Source: Eledone cirrhosa (taxonomy: Eukaryota). Taken from it: a stretch of 64,000 nt of DNA. This document shows, in pieces, positions 20,324-34,970 of the stretch. Position numbers and translations under genes: made by a program. The number at the start of each line of letters is the position of its first letter. Within the stretch, counting starts at the first letter, position 1. The DNA lies in contig OZ024746.1 in assembly GCA_964016885.1 (NCBI GenBank), forward strand, positions 44,020,001 to 44,084,000, in the 5' to 3' direction. A model generated the notes under the pieces. It was given only the letters and a program-made list of their open reading frames with translations. It searched no databases and was not told where the DNA came from.

Positions 20324-21191
20324 ATATATATATATATTATATATATATATTATATATATATTATATATATATATTATATATATATTATATATATATATAA
20401 TATATATATTATATATATATATAATATATATATATATTTTATATATATATATTATATATATAGAATTATATATATATATATAATATATACATATATTATA
20501 TATATAATATATATATATAATATATATATATAATATATATATATATTATATATATATAATATATATATATAATATATATATATAATATATATATATAATA
20601 TATATATATATTATATATATATATTATATATATATATATAATATATACATATATTATATATATAATATATATATATAATATATATATATATTATATATAT
20701 ATAATATATATATATAATATATATATATAATATATATATATATTATATATATATATTATATATATATATATAATATATATATATAATATATATATATATT
20801 ATATATATATATATAATATATATATATAATATATATATATATATTATATATATATATATTATATATATATATATAATATATATATATATTATATATATAT
20901 ATATATAATATTTAAATATATTATATATATATATATAATATATATATATATATAATATATATATATATAATATATATATATATATTATATTTATATATAA
21001 TATATATATATATTATATATATATATCATATATATATATTATATATATCTTATATATATATATTATATATATTATATATATATATATTATATATATCTTA
21101 TATATATATATTATATATATATATATTATATATATTATATATATATATATTATATATATCTGATATATATATATTATATATATTATATATA

Positions 21192-21222
<31 letters not shown>
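18978..21222. repeat. Compound (TA)n microsatellite: TATG, then TACA, then TATTA/TAATA domains
   Basis: Direct reading. Confidence 0.97.
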
Positions 21223-21223
<1 letters not shown>

Positions 21224-22954
21224 TACATACACGTATGTATATATACAGAGTGCACAACTGAGACTTCCCCCAATGTGCATATAAATATACACATTTTTTG
21301 TATACAGACATGTCAGCATACCAGAAAATACAAATGTTCCTGCATATTGAAAAAATTATAAACACATTTAAGTGATTCTCAGATCTAGTTGGTTCTTCAT
21401 GAGAAGGTGTGTATATCATCTAAACAACCCCATGGAAACATGTATTTTAAATAAATGTACTAATTTGCATATAAATTAGCACTCATATTGTTAGTACTTT
21501 TGATATGAAGCCAATTATCGGTATTAATCTCCACAGTCTCTGGCATACTAGTGATAACTTTTTCTATCACTCTGAAATTGTTAAAAAAAAGAATTGTCTA
21601 GTAAATTCTAAATTTAGAATGTAAATGAAGAAAACTAATAACCATATCATAGCTAATACTAGAATTTATGATTTTTACTCCTTGCTGTCCTTGAATTCAT
21701 TATTATATTTAATACCGTAGTGAATATACAAGACATATGGGGTAGTATAAATGATTAAGTGAGTCTCAGTATTTATTTCATTCACTCTCAAGTAATAACA
21801 GGCAACACTAACCATATCTGAAATCAGAATGCAGTAGTATTTTTTTTTATTTTAGATAACAAAATACCAAATTATTTTCTATACTTTAAGAATTCTCTTT
21901 GATTCTCTGTTTATGCAAGATTTATGATTCTCTAAAAGATACAGATGTTTGATTTTTGAAATTCAATAAACACATGTCTTTAACCTTCAATTTGCTCTGA
22001 TTTATTTTACCATTTATGGAGATAGCAACTTGCAATACTATAGTTATTCAACAAATATTGTTCAACAGACAAATGAATGTTAAATGGAGATATTAAATGA
22101 ACATTCATTTAATACCTCCAAAATTTCAAAATTATTACTGAACATTATCATTATTATTTTAATAAAACTTTAGATTTCCTGGGTTTATAGTTACTACATA
22201 AAAAATTTATGTTAATTTATTTCACTTCTCACTTAAATGTCTTGAAGAGGAATTTCGTGTTTTATTAGCTTTTACATTAACATGAATTGAATATTAATGT
22301 TATTATTATAAAATTATCATTATTCGATATAACATTCATGTATCCACTATGTTAGAGCAAAAGCAAATTCTGTTTTTTTTATTTTTCGCAAAACCAGCTG
22401 TAAAATCGCTCAGTATACAAATTAGGCTGATTACCCAATGTAAACTTTAGAGACTACTATATATTCTCAAGAGTTCTAGTGTGTAGCAGAAAGAGAGATA
22501 CACAATCTTGAAAAGAGACAATAATCTTGAAACAATTATCAATTGCATCTCTCTGCTACTGCTAGAGCAAAAGGATGACATGGCAGTATGAGGCTGTTTG
22601 CTTGCAAACGAATTGAATATTAATAATTTTATTATAATATTATTGTTATTCAATATAAAACTCATGAATGCATTTAAGTATCCAAATATTGTTCAACAGA
22701 CAAATGAATGTTAGAGCAAAACTATGTTAGAGCAAAAACAAATGTTTTTATATTAACTTATTTTATCATTATACTAGACTTTAGTATAATTAGTTACAAA
22801 TTTTAGTAAATATGTTTAAAATAATTAACAAATAAATGGCTACTTATCTTGCTTATGTTTAAACATATAAAATTTTGGCATGTATGTATAAAAAGTAATG
22901 AATGATCAAAATATAATATCATCATCAGTGACATCATTGGACGGGAAGTTTTAA

Positions 22955-23165
22955 CCCTTTAGCATTTTAACCGGTTGTATCCAGCCAGAATTTTCTCAAC
23001 TATTTCCGTTCAAATCGACTGTAATTGACCACTCATACTGATGTTAATGTATTGTTCTCAAAATAAATACTATCAAAATTGCATAGATGGGATATTATAT
23101 GAGATAAAGTGTTTACCATGAAAATACAATAGTATATATAGAATAATGTAAATGGTAAAGAGCCA
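22955..23165 (+). mobile_element. piggyBac-type MITE, right end degenerate
   Basis: TTAA-CCCTTTAGCATTT start; body similar to 26905-27134. Confidence 0.65.
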
Positions 23166-26100
23166 AGGCAACGTTTACAGTTAAATGACCTTGATGCCAA
23201 CCCTTTCACTGACATATTGTGACACAGAATATATTTAATTATTCAATATCAGAATACAATTACAATTATTAGAATAAATTTACATTATAAAAATTAAATT
23301 TGATTTTTCATACTTTATACTTATTTTCTGATAATGTGTTAGATACATCAGCAAACTCTTATGTTCTACCTTGTTGATCAGCTACTTCAAAATATATACT
23401 TGTGAATTAGATAAGTGTTAGAGATAGATTAGTTACAAAAAAGAAAAGTGAATGGGGGGCCAAATAACTAATGCAGGTTGATTTTGTTTAAGGTATTTTG
23501 ACACCTAACCTAAACCATTTACCTAAAGTGTTTCCACTTCCTATTCAAAAACAATTATATAGCGTCATGCAACATAGGTATTTCTCTTTTAAGAGAAACT
23601 ATTCATGAAACTCCTCTAACAGCGAGTGTTGTGCTATTTCAAAACAACATTATAATTTTATATATTTACCCTCATGGTTTTGTCAACAGTTGAATGGTTT
23701 GTCATGTTTGAAAACATGATGTTTATATCTATCACTTTTGCTTTTAATATGCTCCCCACATTAACAAAAAGACTGGAACTGAATTGGGAATTGTGTCATC
23801 ATATAATTTTCTACTCCATTTATACATTAGGATCTTCTAACTTTACATGAAAATTACTGCCAGTGGGTGACTTTGAAAGCCTTTGTCACATAATCTTCTT
23901 GACAATCACTAGATAAATTTTATTATTCAACATAGTTATAAATGCTGCAGGCTTGTTAACGTTTACACAATATTTTTGAAGAGCTTAATGTAATTATTCA
24001 AACTGTGCCTTTCGATCTATGTGAACAATGAATGAATGAATGAATGTTTCTATATTTCTCATTAAATGAGCTTTTCAAACATACATTGAGTTTTATAATT
24101 GAAAATTGAAAATATCTACAAATGAAGCTATGAAAAATTTGATTGAAATTTTCAGAGCTAAATATAATTTGTTACGTCATTTAAATGTTTTTGTGAATAT
24201 ACAATAATATATACTCCTATAATGAAATACACTCACATTTGATTTTCTAAAATATATAGTTCATGATATTTTATCATTTTACTCAGTAGCAGCACCCTGG
24301 TGGTAATATATTGATGTGTTCTTTCTACTTTATTTCATCATCAGTTTTAATATCGCATTAAAAACAATTATAATAAATTATTCATATTTACTGCAAGTAA
24401 CTTTCAAATTCTGAATATCATGACACATAATAAAATACCTTTCTCATCTTCAAGTGAAAATGTAGATTTTTTCTGTTGATGAAAATGGCAATTATTTAAA
24501 GAAATTGCCTTACAAAGAAATCATAAAAAAAAGACTTATATAATAGTAGAGAGATCATATTATGATTTTGTAAGTAAGAACAATAAAACAGCTAACATTG
24601 TCCATCCTGTTATTTGAAAGAAAATTATTTTATTGGAAAGCTATAAAATATCCCAACTATTATAAAAAAATGAATTGGAATTTATATGTTGCCTTCCAAA
24701 AAATAATGTGTTTGTAAAGTAGTATATGTAAATGGGAGAGGTCTTACAGCTAACAATCACATTAATAAAATACTAATAAAAAGTGAAACATTATACACTG
24801 ATATCTAATCTCATATTTGATTGGCTAAAAGATGTGTTAGAAATATTAATGCAGGCTTTGTATTAAGATGGTAATACATTTTACAGCTCTCAGATGAGAC
24901 GTAAAGTAATAAAGAATGCTTTGAGTTAAATGTTTGATGCTGAAATAATGGAAGTTGGAAATCATTTTTTCAATTGACATATAGCTAATTTTTCTAGAAG
25001 AGTTATAAGCAAATAAAGAGACTCTGGTGTAATAATAATAATATTTGTGTCATCAACCCTCACCATATTTGAACTCAGAACCTAGGAATATGAAACTAAA
25101 GACTGTAAAGGATTTAGTCAATCACTGGTTTGCCAACACTACCAATAAATATAATGTAACATGAAAATAGTTGTTTGTTCATTCCTTTTATTAGACACTG
25201 ATTGTCTGATACTAAATTGTTAAAATCAGAAGCAATATGACAAAATATTGTCTCAAGATAATTCTTTTCTATTTAATGTCAAAATGGGCAAAGTAATTTT
25301 CTTTGATTAGAATGACTGACCTTAGTCGTGAGATAATAAAATATGAATAAATAGTAAAATTGTAGAATAATTGTTAAAAAACATTTACAGAAGGTAAAAA
25401 AGTACTTTGAATTTTGCAAAAAATTCCAATGTCTGACTAATGTTTTAGATAAAATTCTAAATCTTAGGAAATCTTTACAAGTTCTAAATCAATATAATAT
25501 TTTATCTTAAACATTTTGTTTTCTGATATTCTAAATATATAAATCGTTCGCTATCTCACATTTAATATCAATATAAAGAAAAATGTATTTTTTTCTGTGA
25601 ATATCTTATATTATTAATATCTAAGATAAGATCAAAAGTAAAAAAAAAAAAAATTTAAATTTCTACATTGAAAAAAATTGAAATACAGATTAAACTTTGT
25701 ATTCAAAGAAAGATATAATTCCCTAACATATATTATCTGGATACAATTTAACACAAAGTAGATGATTTTATTTATTATCTGATATTGTCACAGACATAGT
25801 TCTATGGTTAAGGAGTTTGCTATAGTTTAGATTTGTGTCACACAGTGTAGCACCTTAGGCAAGTGACTTCTGCTATAGCCTTGGGTTGACTGATATATAG
25901 TCAAGTGGAATTTGTTAGACAGAAACTACAGAAGCCTGTGTGTGTGAGTGTGTGTCTATAATTTTCAAATAATTTTGAAAATAAGCAAGGATGGGAGGGA
26001 TTTAGTAATGTTACTAAATTTTTCATTTTTAAGCTAGTGTTTGGAATATAATTTAACAAATAATCTTACATAAACTGCTGATGGAAGACTTTTATGACAA

Positions 26101-26904
26101 TATAGCCACTTTAAAATAAACAACTTTCATATAATAAAACAAGGGGTGGTTTCAAACAGGTTGATATCAAAAGGTTTAAAGACTACCTTCATATCCTATC
26201 CTTTACCCATTTATCTCTGTCAAGGTTCCTTGTCTTGACATTAGAGTTCAATTTTCCTTCTCCCTATGCTTTTATATGAATTATAGGCTTAAGTACTAAA
26301 ACATGTTTCTCAGTGCTATTGGCTTACACTATTTATTTGATATCCTTATATAATGTTTTAACACAGATTTTATAATAGCATATGTGCAATAATTATAAAT
26401 AGATTATAAATATTTGCATAGAATATACTAAATTAAAGGCATGTGAAAGGGAAGCAGAACTAATTGAATAATGCTAAGTTCCATTCAATGTGATATAATA
26501 AAAATATTGTTTTATAAGAATCTGATTCTAAAAGACATAAATATCCATTAACAACTAATAGCGCTTGAATTGTATTAGTGTTTCATATTAGCAGGCTAGA
26601 TTCTAGTGAGCTGAGTCTGAGAATTAATTTTGATACTAGATGTTGCTAGGTTACTTCATCTAGAGCCCTCTGCCTAGTGCTTACAATATTACAACATATT
26701 TCCATCGTTTTCTCATTATACCCTAACTTTCTGAAAAAATGTGACACATTCTATACTGCCATGCAAAAGAACAAAAAATTTGACCAATGATCTAATTCAT
26801 ATTTTACTAAATATGAATAGAAAATTATAGATATGGTCGCTGAATAAAAATATACATCAGAAAACTTAACTTGCTTTTGCTAAATATAAGTATTTGCATC
26901 TTAA

Positions 26905-27134
26905 CCCATTAGCATTTAAACCGGTCATATCCGGCCAGAACTCTCTCGCCTGTTTTTGTTAAAACAGGCTGTAACTGGTTGCTCATACCTTCATTAAAGT
27001 ATTGTTCTCAAAAAAAAAAAAAAAATTAACATCAAAATCTCATATATTCGATATTATGGGAGATAATTATGTAAGATAAAGCCTTTATTGTGAAAATAGA
27101 ATAGTAAATATAGAATAATGTAAATGCTAAAGGG
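26905..27134 (+). mobile_element. piggyBac-type MITE
   Basis: TTAA on both sides; TIR CCC(A/T)TTAGCATTTA / TAAATGCTAAAGGG. Confidence 0.8.
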
Positions 27135-27774
27135 TTAAGCCTACTATAAATTGTAGGCCATCACATCATTCCTAATTTTACAGGAATGAAATCGTCATAT
27201 ATTTAGATTGTATTATCTTTATCTGAACACTTAATCCACTTCAACATGAAGGATTATAAGATCAAATTAAAACTGTAACACATAAAACTTTTGACAATTT
27301 ATGGTATAAGATATTTAATTATTTTTAGATAGTTATTCTTACAATTTTTGAAATATTTTAATTTAATTTTACATTATGCACAACTAATTATAAAAAAATA
27401 CTTTGAAAAAACGAGAATGGATTTATGTTGAAATTATCTCTGAAAGGCTACAAATTTTGAAGTTGGTATTGGTTTTTAAATTTCAGATAGAAGGTTGGTT
27501 TGAATTTTGCATGATAAAAAAATTTTAAATCCCTGCAACAGTATATGTTTTAAAATGGGGTCTGTGTGTATATTTTCTGTTATAATGATAGAGGTGGTTG
27601 ACTCTTCTCATTTACAATATCTCCCAATTCTTGAAAAAGAAACGTTTTTAGCATCTAAGATACAACTGCAATTAATAAGACTTGAAGACATGCAATTTAT
27701 ATGACATATCTGCAAGGAATGTGAAGCAAATAAATATAAAGATCCAGTTTTGATACTATAATTGTATTAATGAT

Positions 27775-27895
27775 AATTGTTTCTACTTTAGGCACAAGGC
27801 CAGCAATTATCCAGTACATTACTGGTACTTTATTTTATCGACCCCGTAAGGATGAAAGGCAAAGTTAACCTCGGCAGGATTTGAACTCAGATTGT
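27775..27895 (-). mobile_element. SINE fragment, family of 55003-55190
   Basis: Minus strand: gagttcaaatcctgccgaggttaactttgcctttcatccttacggggtcgataaaataaagtacc..ggccttgtgcc. Confidence 0.8.
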
Positions 27896-28479
27896 AAATT
27901 GTATTAATGATAATGGATAATGTTTAGTTTCAAAAATGATCAAGAAAAATGTCATGATTTTCAAGAAAGAAAAAATATGAATGTCAATAATTCCCTGGTA
28001 TTGCCTTTAATCATTGTGGAGTCAATAAAATAAAGTAGGAGTCAAATACTGGGGTTAATTTAATTAACCAATCTCTCCCTGCAAATTGCTAGGCTTGTGA
28101 CTAAATTAGAAACCATTATTATAATTTAACATTATTAGAGCAGTAGATTATCAGAATCATTAATGTGTTGGACAAAATACCAAGTGAAATTTAGTTATAG
28201 TCCTTTACGTTTTGATTTCAAATCCTACCGAAGTCAACTATCTTTCACCCAGCCAGGGATGGTAAACCAAAGTATCAATTAAATAATGGAGTTGATTTAA
28301 TTGACTAACCACTTCTTCCAAATGTCTGCCAGTGTCAAAAACAATTATAATTTACATTCAAGGTGTGGATTGGTAAGATATTGACACTCCTCTTGATCCT
28401 GTGTTATCTGTGAATCTCAACATTCTAAGATCTAGCCTTACTGCCTCTTCATGAAAAAGTTTCATGATAAATGAATTGT

Positions 28480-29316
28480 ATGTTGCACTGTTAGTGAATT
28501 GTTAGTGAAACATGGACCATAACTGCAGAGGGAATGCATAGGCAGGAGAGAAATGAAGTAACCATGCTTTGTTGGCTCTGCAATGTAAATATCAGAGAAA
28601 AGTATATCTTGGATGATTTGAGGGAGAAACTGGAATTAAGAGAAATCAAAATTGGTGTGCAGGAGAGAAGATTGCATTGGTACTAACATGTGATGTGCAT
28701 GGATAATCACTGGGTGAAGAAGCATCAGGAAATCCCAGTGGAATGAAGCTGCAGTAGAGGTAGACAGAGGAAGACCTGGGTAGAGGTGCTGTGATCTGAT
28801 CACAAATTACTGAAATTCACAAAGAAAGCAGCGAATGGAAAGATGCCAATTATTACACATATATCCATAATCAGAACCAAAACCTGGTTTCAATAGTTAC
28901 AATAAACAAGATAATTGGAGATTCTGGTAATTCACTATTAGATTGCAGCCTTCCCCTGGCCTGTCGGAGGATCTAAGCTTTGTAGAGAAAATAAGAGAGA
29001 ATTTCCATAAATATGCATTGTGGCCTACTCTTGATAGTAAGGAGCTGTATGGAGTTATCTAAATTCACAATCATATGAAATGATTTGTCAACAATAGAGT
29101 CAATATGCAGTTACTTGACATGTAAGAAATAGCAGCCAAATCTTCTTCAAGTCATAGCCATTGGTCTTTACACACAAACTGAGTGAAAAAATAGAAGGGT
29201 CATGACTGGGAAGGTTTTGGTCATAGAATTTCTCTAGCAGAGCTGATTTAGGGTTTAATAACAGCTATATTTGTCCCACCCTTGCAAGCAGGGAAAAGCG
29301 GACATAACATGATGAT
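28480..29316 (+). mobile_element. Decayed RTE 3' region, interrupted, ending in a family-B tail at 29272-29316
   Basis: Remnants ETW/TAE..ERNE..LREKL..ERRL.WY..GR.RKTW with stops; cccacccttgcaagcagggaaaagcggac..gatgat. Confidence 0.7.
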
Positions 29317-30852
29317 ATATGAAACCACTCATTATAATATTTTACTTTAACTGGTTTATTCAATGGATTGTGGCCATGCTAAGGACAACATACAAATGGT
29401 TTTATTTAATAATTTATATCAATCAAAGTATTTAATTTGATACTCATTCTAGCAATTTCTATTTATCAAAGGATTGAATTAACTCGCTTCTTTTATTTGT
29501 CATCTCTATATTTTCATGTGGTCAGCTTTCACCACCTCTGCCTATATAGCTTTCTGAGTCTTTCTTTTTTACAGCTAGCAATTATCATTAGGTTTGTAGT
29601 AGGTGTAGTAGGGGGAAGTGGCTAAATCTAAAGCAACACTTGACAAGAATTTTTAACCACACAGCCATGTCTATGTCAATTAATTATACATAAATAAGTT
29701 TCTGTATGTGTTACAGAGCAAATTCCATTTGTAGTATTGTTCATATATTGGTGCACAATATCTTTTATGCATACAATAAACAATATTTATAACTTTTAAT
29801 TCAAAATTTCTTCAGTTCATTTCAAATGCCAGCTGGTCACTATGTTTTTATCATTAATTGCTATTCCACATGTCGTGATTCTGATGAATAAACAGAGTTT
29901 TGTTTTGTATTTTGCAGCTCAACAATTTTAGGTTAGGCATGAATTATAGATAACAGTCTTATGGTAACATATGAAATTGGTCAGTATTATTCTCTCTCTC
30001 TCAAAGACTGTTTGAAAATGTGTCAAAATAAAATTTGTACACAATATGCACTCTTATACATGTTATAACAATCAATAATCATTATGTAATAGGCCTTGTG
30101 CCAAAAGTAGAAACAATTATGTAATAAACATTCGGTTTTGTATTTGATTGAAGGAGCTACCTAGATACACACACACACACACTGCAAACTAGTTTTTCAA
30201 AATCTTCAAGTTGTGCACACACTTGGTGTTTATGTTTGGCCATAGAATTCAATGAAGACCATCACTTCAATCATGAATTCTTTGATCCCTGTACTTTTTA
30301 AAAAATGCAGCAAAAATTGAAAATTGTAGTCATGATTGCTACACCTACCATTTATACCCACAAGGAAGGAAACTATAGAAGTGGCAGTATTTCATTATCA
30401 TAGACGTGATGCCACAACTGTTGCAACATCAATGATTATCTTTGAGATCCAGTAACCATATTGCAGGAGGATTTACATGTATAATAAAGCTTTACTGTGA
30501 TGTTGAGAGTATGTAAATACCTGTAATACTGTCCTCCCTGTGGAGGAGATAGATCTAGAGACTAGAGTGGGCCAAGATGACTGGTAATTTCTTACAGCTG
30601 TAGAAACCACATCATAGCTGACCACCCTAACTTGTTTGTTTTGTTTTTACTCAGGACATACCACCATGGTCTTTGTCTTCATGGATTCTCCCACAAAGCA
30701 GCAGGGTAGTACACCATGGATAAGGAGCTTTATCTACCATCTTCCTTAAACATTTCCTCATTCAGAAAAGAACTAGGAGGCAAGCAGTCCCGAAATGAAC
30801 TTACAACACACTCTTTCATCATTTGAAGTCTATCTATGACACTCCTACCCTC

Positions 30853-31031
30853 TGGCAGTATTAGTAGGGGGTCGGATGCCATGCTTTCCAGCATAGTTAT
30901 GTCCCTTTACGGTCTGAGTTCAAATCCCGTCGAAGTTAACTTTGCCTTTCATCCTTACCGGGTGGATAAAATAAAGTACCAGTAATGAGCTGGGTAATTG
31001 GTGGCCTTGTGCCAAAAGTAGAAACAATTAT
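30853..31031 (+). mobile_element. tRNA-derived SINE, family of 55003-55190
   Basis: A-box-like tggcagtat, B box gagttcaaatcc, gcctttcatcctt..gataaaataaagtacc body, tail gtagaaacaattatt. Confidence 0.8.
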
Positions 31032-32529
31032 TGCTTGATAGTCATTGACTATTCTTTTAACAGGTTTGGTTTTAGTTCTGCTAGATTTCTAGCAACCTAA
31101 CTCACCAATCTAACCTCATGCCGAGTTGCTTTGATTATTACCAGTTATATCTGATCCAATACAAATATGGTCAAATCGTCAGTAACACTAATGGCATGCA
31201 CACACATGCAGTTGTTCATTATGGGGATTTTATTGATTATCAAGTAGCTTTGTGCATAGATTTATTTATCAATTCACAGTTATCTCCCCTCCATAAAACC
31301 GTTCACTAGCTCATTGACTTGTCTTGAAGCAATACATACATACTAGTATATGATAAATCATAAATACAGAGAGAGAAAGAGCACCTAATGATTACTTCTG
31401 TTTAGTTTCTACAGGCTTCATATATCATACTGAATTACAATTTAAAAAATCCACTTAACCTTTGAAGTAGACATAGATATCTGTTGTTGCTAATAAAGGG
31501 TAAAATTTCCTAAAAATCTGGGCATTTCTCTCTTACTCTGTAAGATATTAAAATCTTAAAAGCATGGGACACATGATCGATTATGTAACTTTCCTATAAT
31601 AATTTCTTTACAAAATTCAGGGCTACACCATTGATACTTCTAACAAACATTTTTGTACTGTTAAAATACTTGAAATCAAACAATGCCATTAATAGAAACA
31701 CTATATATAGTTGTATGCAGAGACTTTTCTAGAAAACAGTGTTCATACAAAACTTAAAATTCACTCCTCTAATCCCATAAATGACAAACATTTAAAATTA
31801 CATATATATGTTGATTTCTGTTATCTAAGAATAGGTCTAACTTTAGTTTCTGTATTTATTCAGGGAGGGAAACAGTACCCATGCTGCTTTTCAAAGCTTC
31901 AAAGACTGGTGGGAGGGAGGAGGGGAAACATCCTTAATCTGGAGCCCAGATCAAATGCTTGCAATAGTGTGCACTCTGCTAAAATCACCCCAAAAGAGCC
32001 ATGTAGTAGTATTAAACTGTCCTGCAGATTAAGTTTATCACCAAAGTAAGTAACAGTAAAAGACCAGAACAGATATCACAAAGCAATTCATCCAACACTA
32101 ACAATTCTGCTAATTCACCACCTTGTATTGTTACTGTATTTTATCAACCTCAAAAGGATACAACACAAGTTGACATTGATATAATTTGAACTCAGATCAC
32201 AGCAAGTTAGTTGAAATATCACAAGGAATTTTGCTTTAGACTCTTATGATTTGACCAATTCATAATTGATTTTAGTATATTACTATCATTTATATTTTCA
32301 ATTACAATGTTGATCCTTGTATTTACACTGGCAGTATAAATGCTTCCTCCCATTTGCCACCCTTATTTCAAATAATTTTTCCAATACTCAGATATTTCTC
32401 AAAGGTATATTTTATCAACTTCAATCTATCATTTCATTAATGATATCAAATCCCTATCATCCACTCATTTTCAAATTTGAAATCCCTTATTTATGCTGTC
32501 TCAACATTTATCCTTAACAAAATAAATAA

Positions 32530-32560
<31 letters not shown>

Positions 32561-32590
32561 CATATATATATATAAATATATATATATACA

Positions 32591-33078
32591 CCATACACAG
32601 AAAAGATGCAATGCTCTGACAGATTACAGAAGCGACAAACATAAACAAACTCCAACCAAAATTATACAGAAAACATGAGTGGAATATCAACAACAACACA
32701 ACTAGTAATAAAGGACAAGATACAGACATACAGAGACACACAAGAACCAAACTAATAAAACAAACCAGACACTCAGATAGAACAAGCAACCAACTGGTGA
32801 CAAGTAAATAAACGTATAAATAAATAAAAACATTGGATATAACATGCACAAACCAAGTACAGAGCACAAAACCCTCAAAAATAAGATGTAGTAGGGCAGA
32901 AAAAAGAAGAGACACAAAATGACAAATTTATCACTGAGGAGGTCACAGAATGTGTGACAAAAAAGCTTTGACAATAAATAAACAAACATCTGGTTATTAA
33001 AACAACCAATCGGAAATTTGTAATAAATTGAAGTGAAACCAACAGGTGCATGTGTTTTCATTGGCAGCATGACCCTCT

Positions 33079-33083
<5 letters not shown>
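32591..33083 (+). mobile_element. 5'-truncated relative of the Penelope element: GIY-YIG C-terminus + pseudo-LTR with mutated hammerhead (~32928-32974)
   Basis: HRKDAML*QITEATNINKLQPKLYRKHEWN vs HKKDAMFRQITEAVSIKELKPKLNRKYEWN; cactgaggaggtcacagaatgtgtgac; aaattgaagtgaaa..attggcagcatgaccctc; TA flanks. Confidence 0.88.
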
Positions 33084-33165
<82 letters not shown>

Positions 33166-34428
33166 CAGGGTGCGGACGATATTTGTTCGCAAGATTACTG
33201 TCTAGGAAAAAATAACACAGTAGTTTTATTTTTTAAGATATATTTTCAAACTTGGGTCACTTTGTCTTCATGACTTGTTCTTCTGATCTCACTCGATAAA
33301 CCCGCCATTGGCTTTGATGACGGCCTCAAGGCGGCTTCGGAACCAGCTAGAGGCCTTCGTCACTGTCCCCCAACTTAGGCCCCTAAAGGTACTTGTGATC
33401 CTGGCCTTCAGATCGTCTTTCGTATTGCAGCTAGATCTGTTGGTGTCTCGTTCCACTGCTCCCCACACAAAGAAGTCGAGGGGATTGCAGTCAGGCAAGC
33501 TGGGAGGCCAGATGTCAGATGAAGTGTGGTCGACGAAGTTCTCTGACAGCCAGGCTTGGGTCTTTCAGCTGGTATGGCAGGGCGCTGAGTCTTGCTGCCA
33601 CACATATGGCCTACCTGCAGCTACCTTGTCGATCCAGGGCTTTACTACCTCACTCAGAACACGGATGTAGCCATCGGTGTTCAGGGAAGAAGTGAGGTGA
33701 CATGACGTCACCTTGACTGCTGACGACACCTAAGACCAATGTTGTCGCTGGAAACTTTGTCTGCATGACTCTGGGCACGTCTTTGGATGAGACAGCAAGC
33801 CACCTGTTGTTCTGGGAGTTGAGCTTCTGGTCTTGGCAGAAATTTTTCTCGTTGGAGAAAAACCACAGCATGTCTAGCTCCAGTGGGTGTTTCAACTTGT
33901 TGATTAGCTTCTTTGCGTGCTTCAGTCGCTTTTCTTGCATTGCCTTTGACAGAAATTGTCCTTTCCTCATGTACCACCAGCCTAATGAGCTTTTCATCCA
34001 CGCCTTTCTCCTTTGCAATGGCACGCATTGACTTGCTAGGTTCATTGTTGATGATATCCTGAACTTCAGCGATGAACTCAGGTGTTCTGAAGGCGTCAGA
34101 TCATCGATCATGTGTTTTCCTCTCTGATGTTGCTTCGTAGTTGAATCCTGAATCGTCTAATTCCTTTCTGACCTTTTCCACCATTCTCCTGCTGACGCTG
34201 AGAAAGTCTGAAATTTCCTTATTTGTCCTCCCGGTGCGGATTCCAAGAAGAACTCCGTGTCTCTTCCACAAATTTGGAGGTTCAAAATTATTCATAATCA
34301 ATTATTCTGAAAATAAATAATGGAAATATAGTCACTGTTTTTATGAAGACAAGAGTGACAACGGAAGTAAAAATAATTTGCATAAAATTAGCAGTTGAAA
34401 ATTGCGAACAAATATCGTCCACACCCTG
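33166..34428 (-). mobile_element. Tc1/mariner DD37D (maT) transposon with degenerate transposase
   Basis: 27-bp TIRs CAGGGTG(C/T)GGACGATATTTGTTCGCAA with TA flanks; WFFSNEKNF, WQQDSAPCH-(37 aa)-NPLDFFVWG; stops and frameshifts. Confidence 0.92.
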
Positions 34429-34639
34429 TATATTTATATATCTATCAATTCTTCGAGCCAACTCACTTCTAGCATCTGATTTCTATCCTTCAAGGTAATG
34501 TTTTACCCAATGCTGCTTCATCAGCATTTTGCTCTTTTAACAGCTACCTTACGCCGAGTTTTCCCATTTTCCTATGAATTCTAATACACACGCATTTCAA
34601 ACTTGATGATGATGATGATATATAAAAAATTAACTCGAA

Positions 34640-34691
34640 CATCATCCTCATTTTACGTCCGCTTTTCCCTGCTTGCGAGGGTGGGACGGGT

Positions 34692-34696
<5 letters not shown>
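34640..34696 (-). mobile_element. Isolated RTE family B 3' tail
   Basis: Reverse complement of ataagacccgtcccaccct.gcaagcagggaaaagcggacgtaaaatga (41518-41566). Confidence 0.8.
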
Positions 34697-34725
<29 letters not shown>

Positions 34726-34737
34726 TATATTGTTCAT

Positions 34738-34792
<55 letters not shown>

Positions 34793-34805
34793 TATATTGT
34801 TCATA

Positions 34806-34845
<40 letters not shown>

Positions 34846-34852
34846 TATATTG

Positions 34853-34920
<68 letters not shown>

Positions 34921-34933
34921 TATATTGTTCATA

Positions 34934-34970
<37 letters not shown>

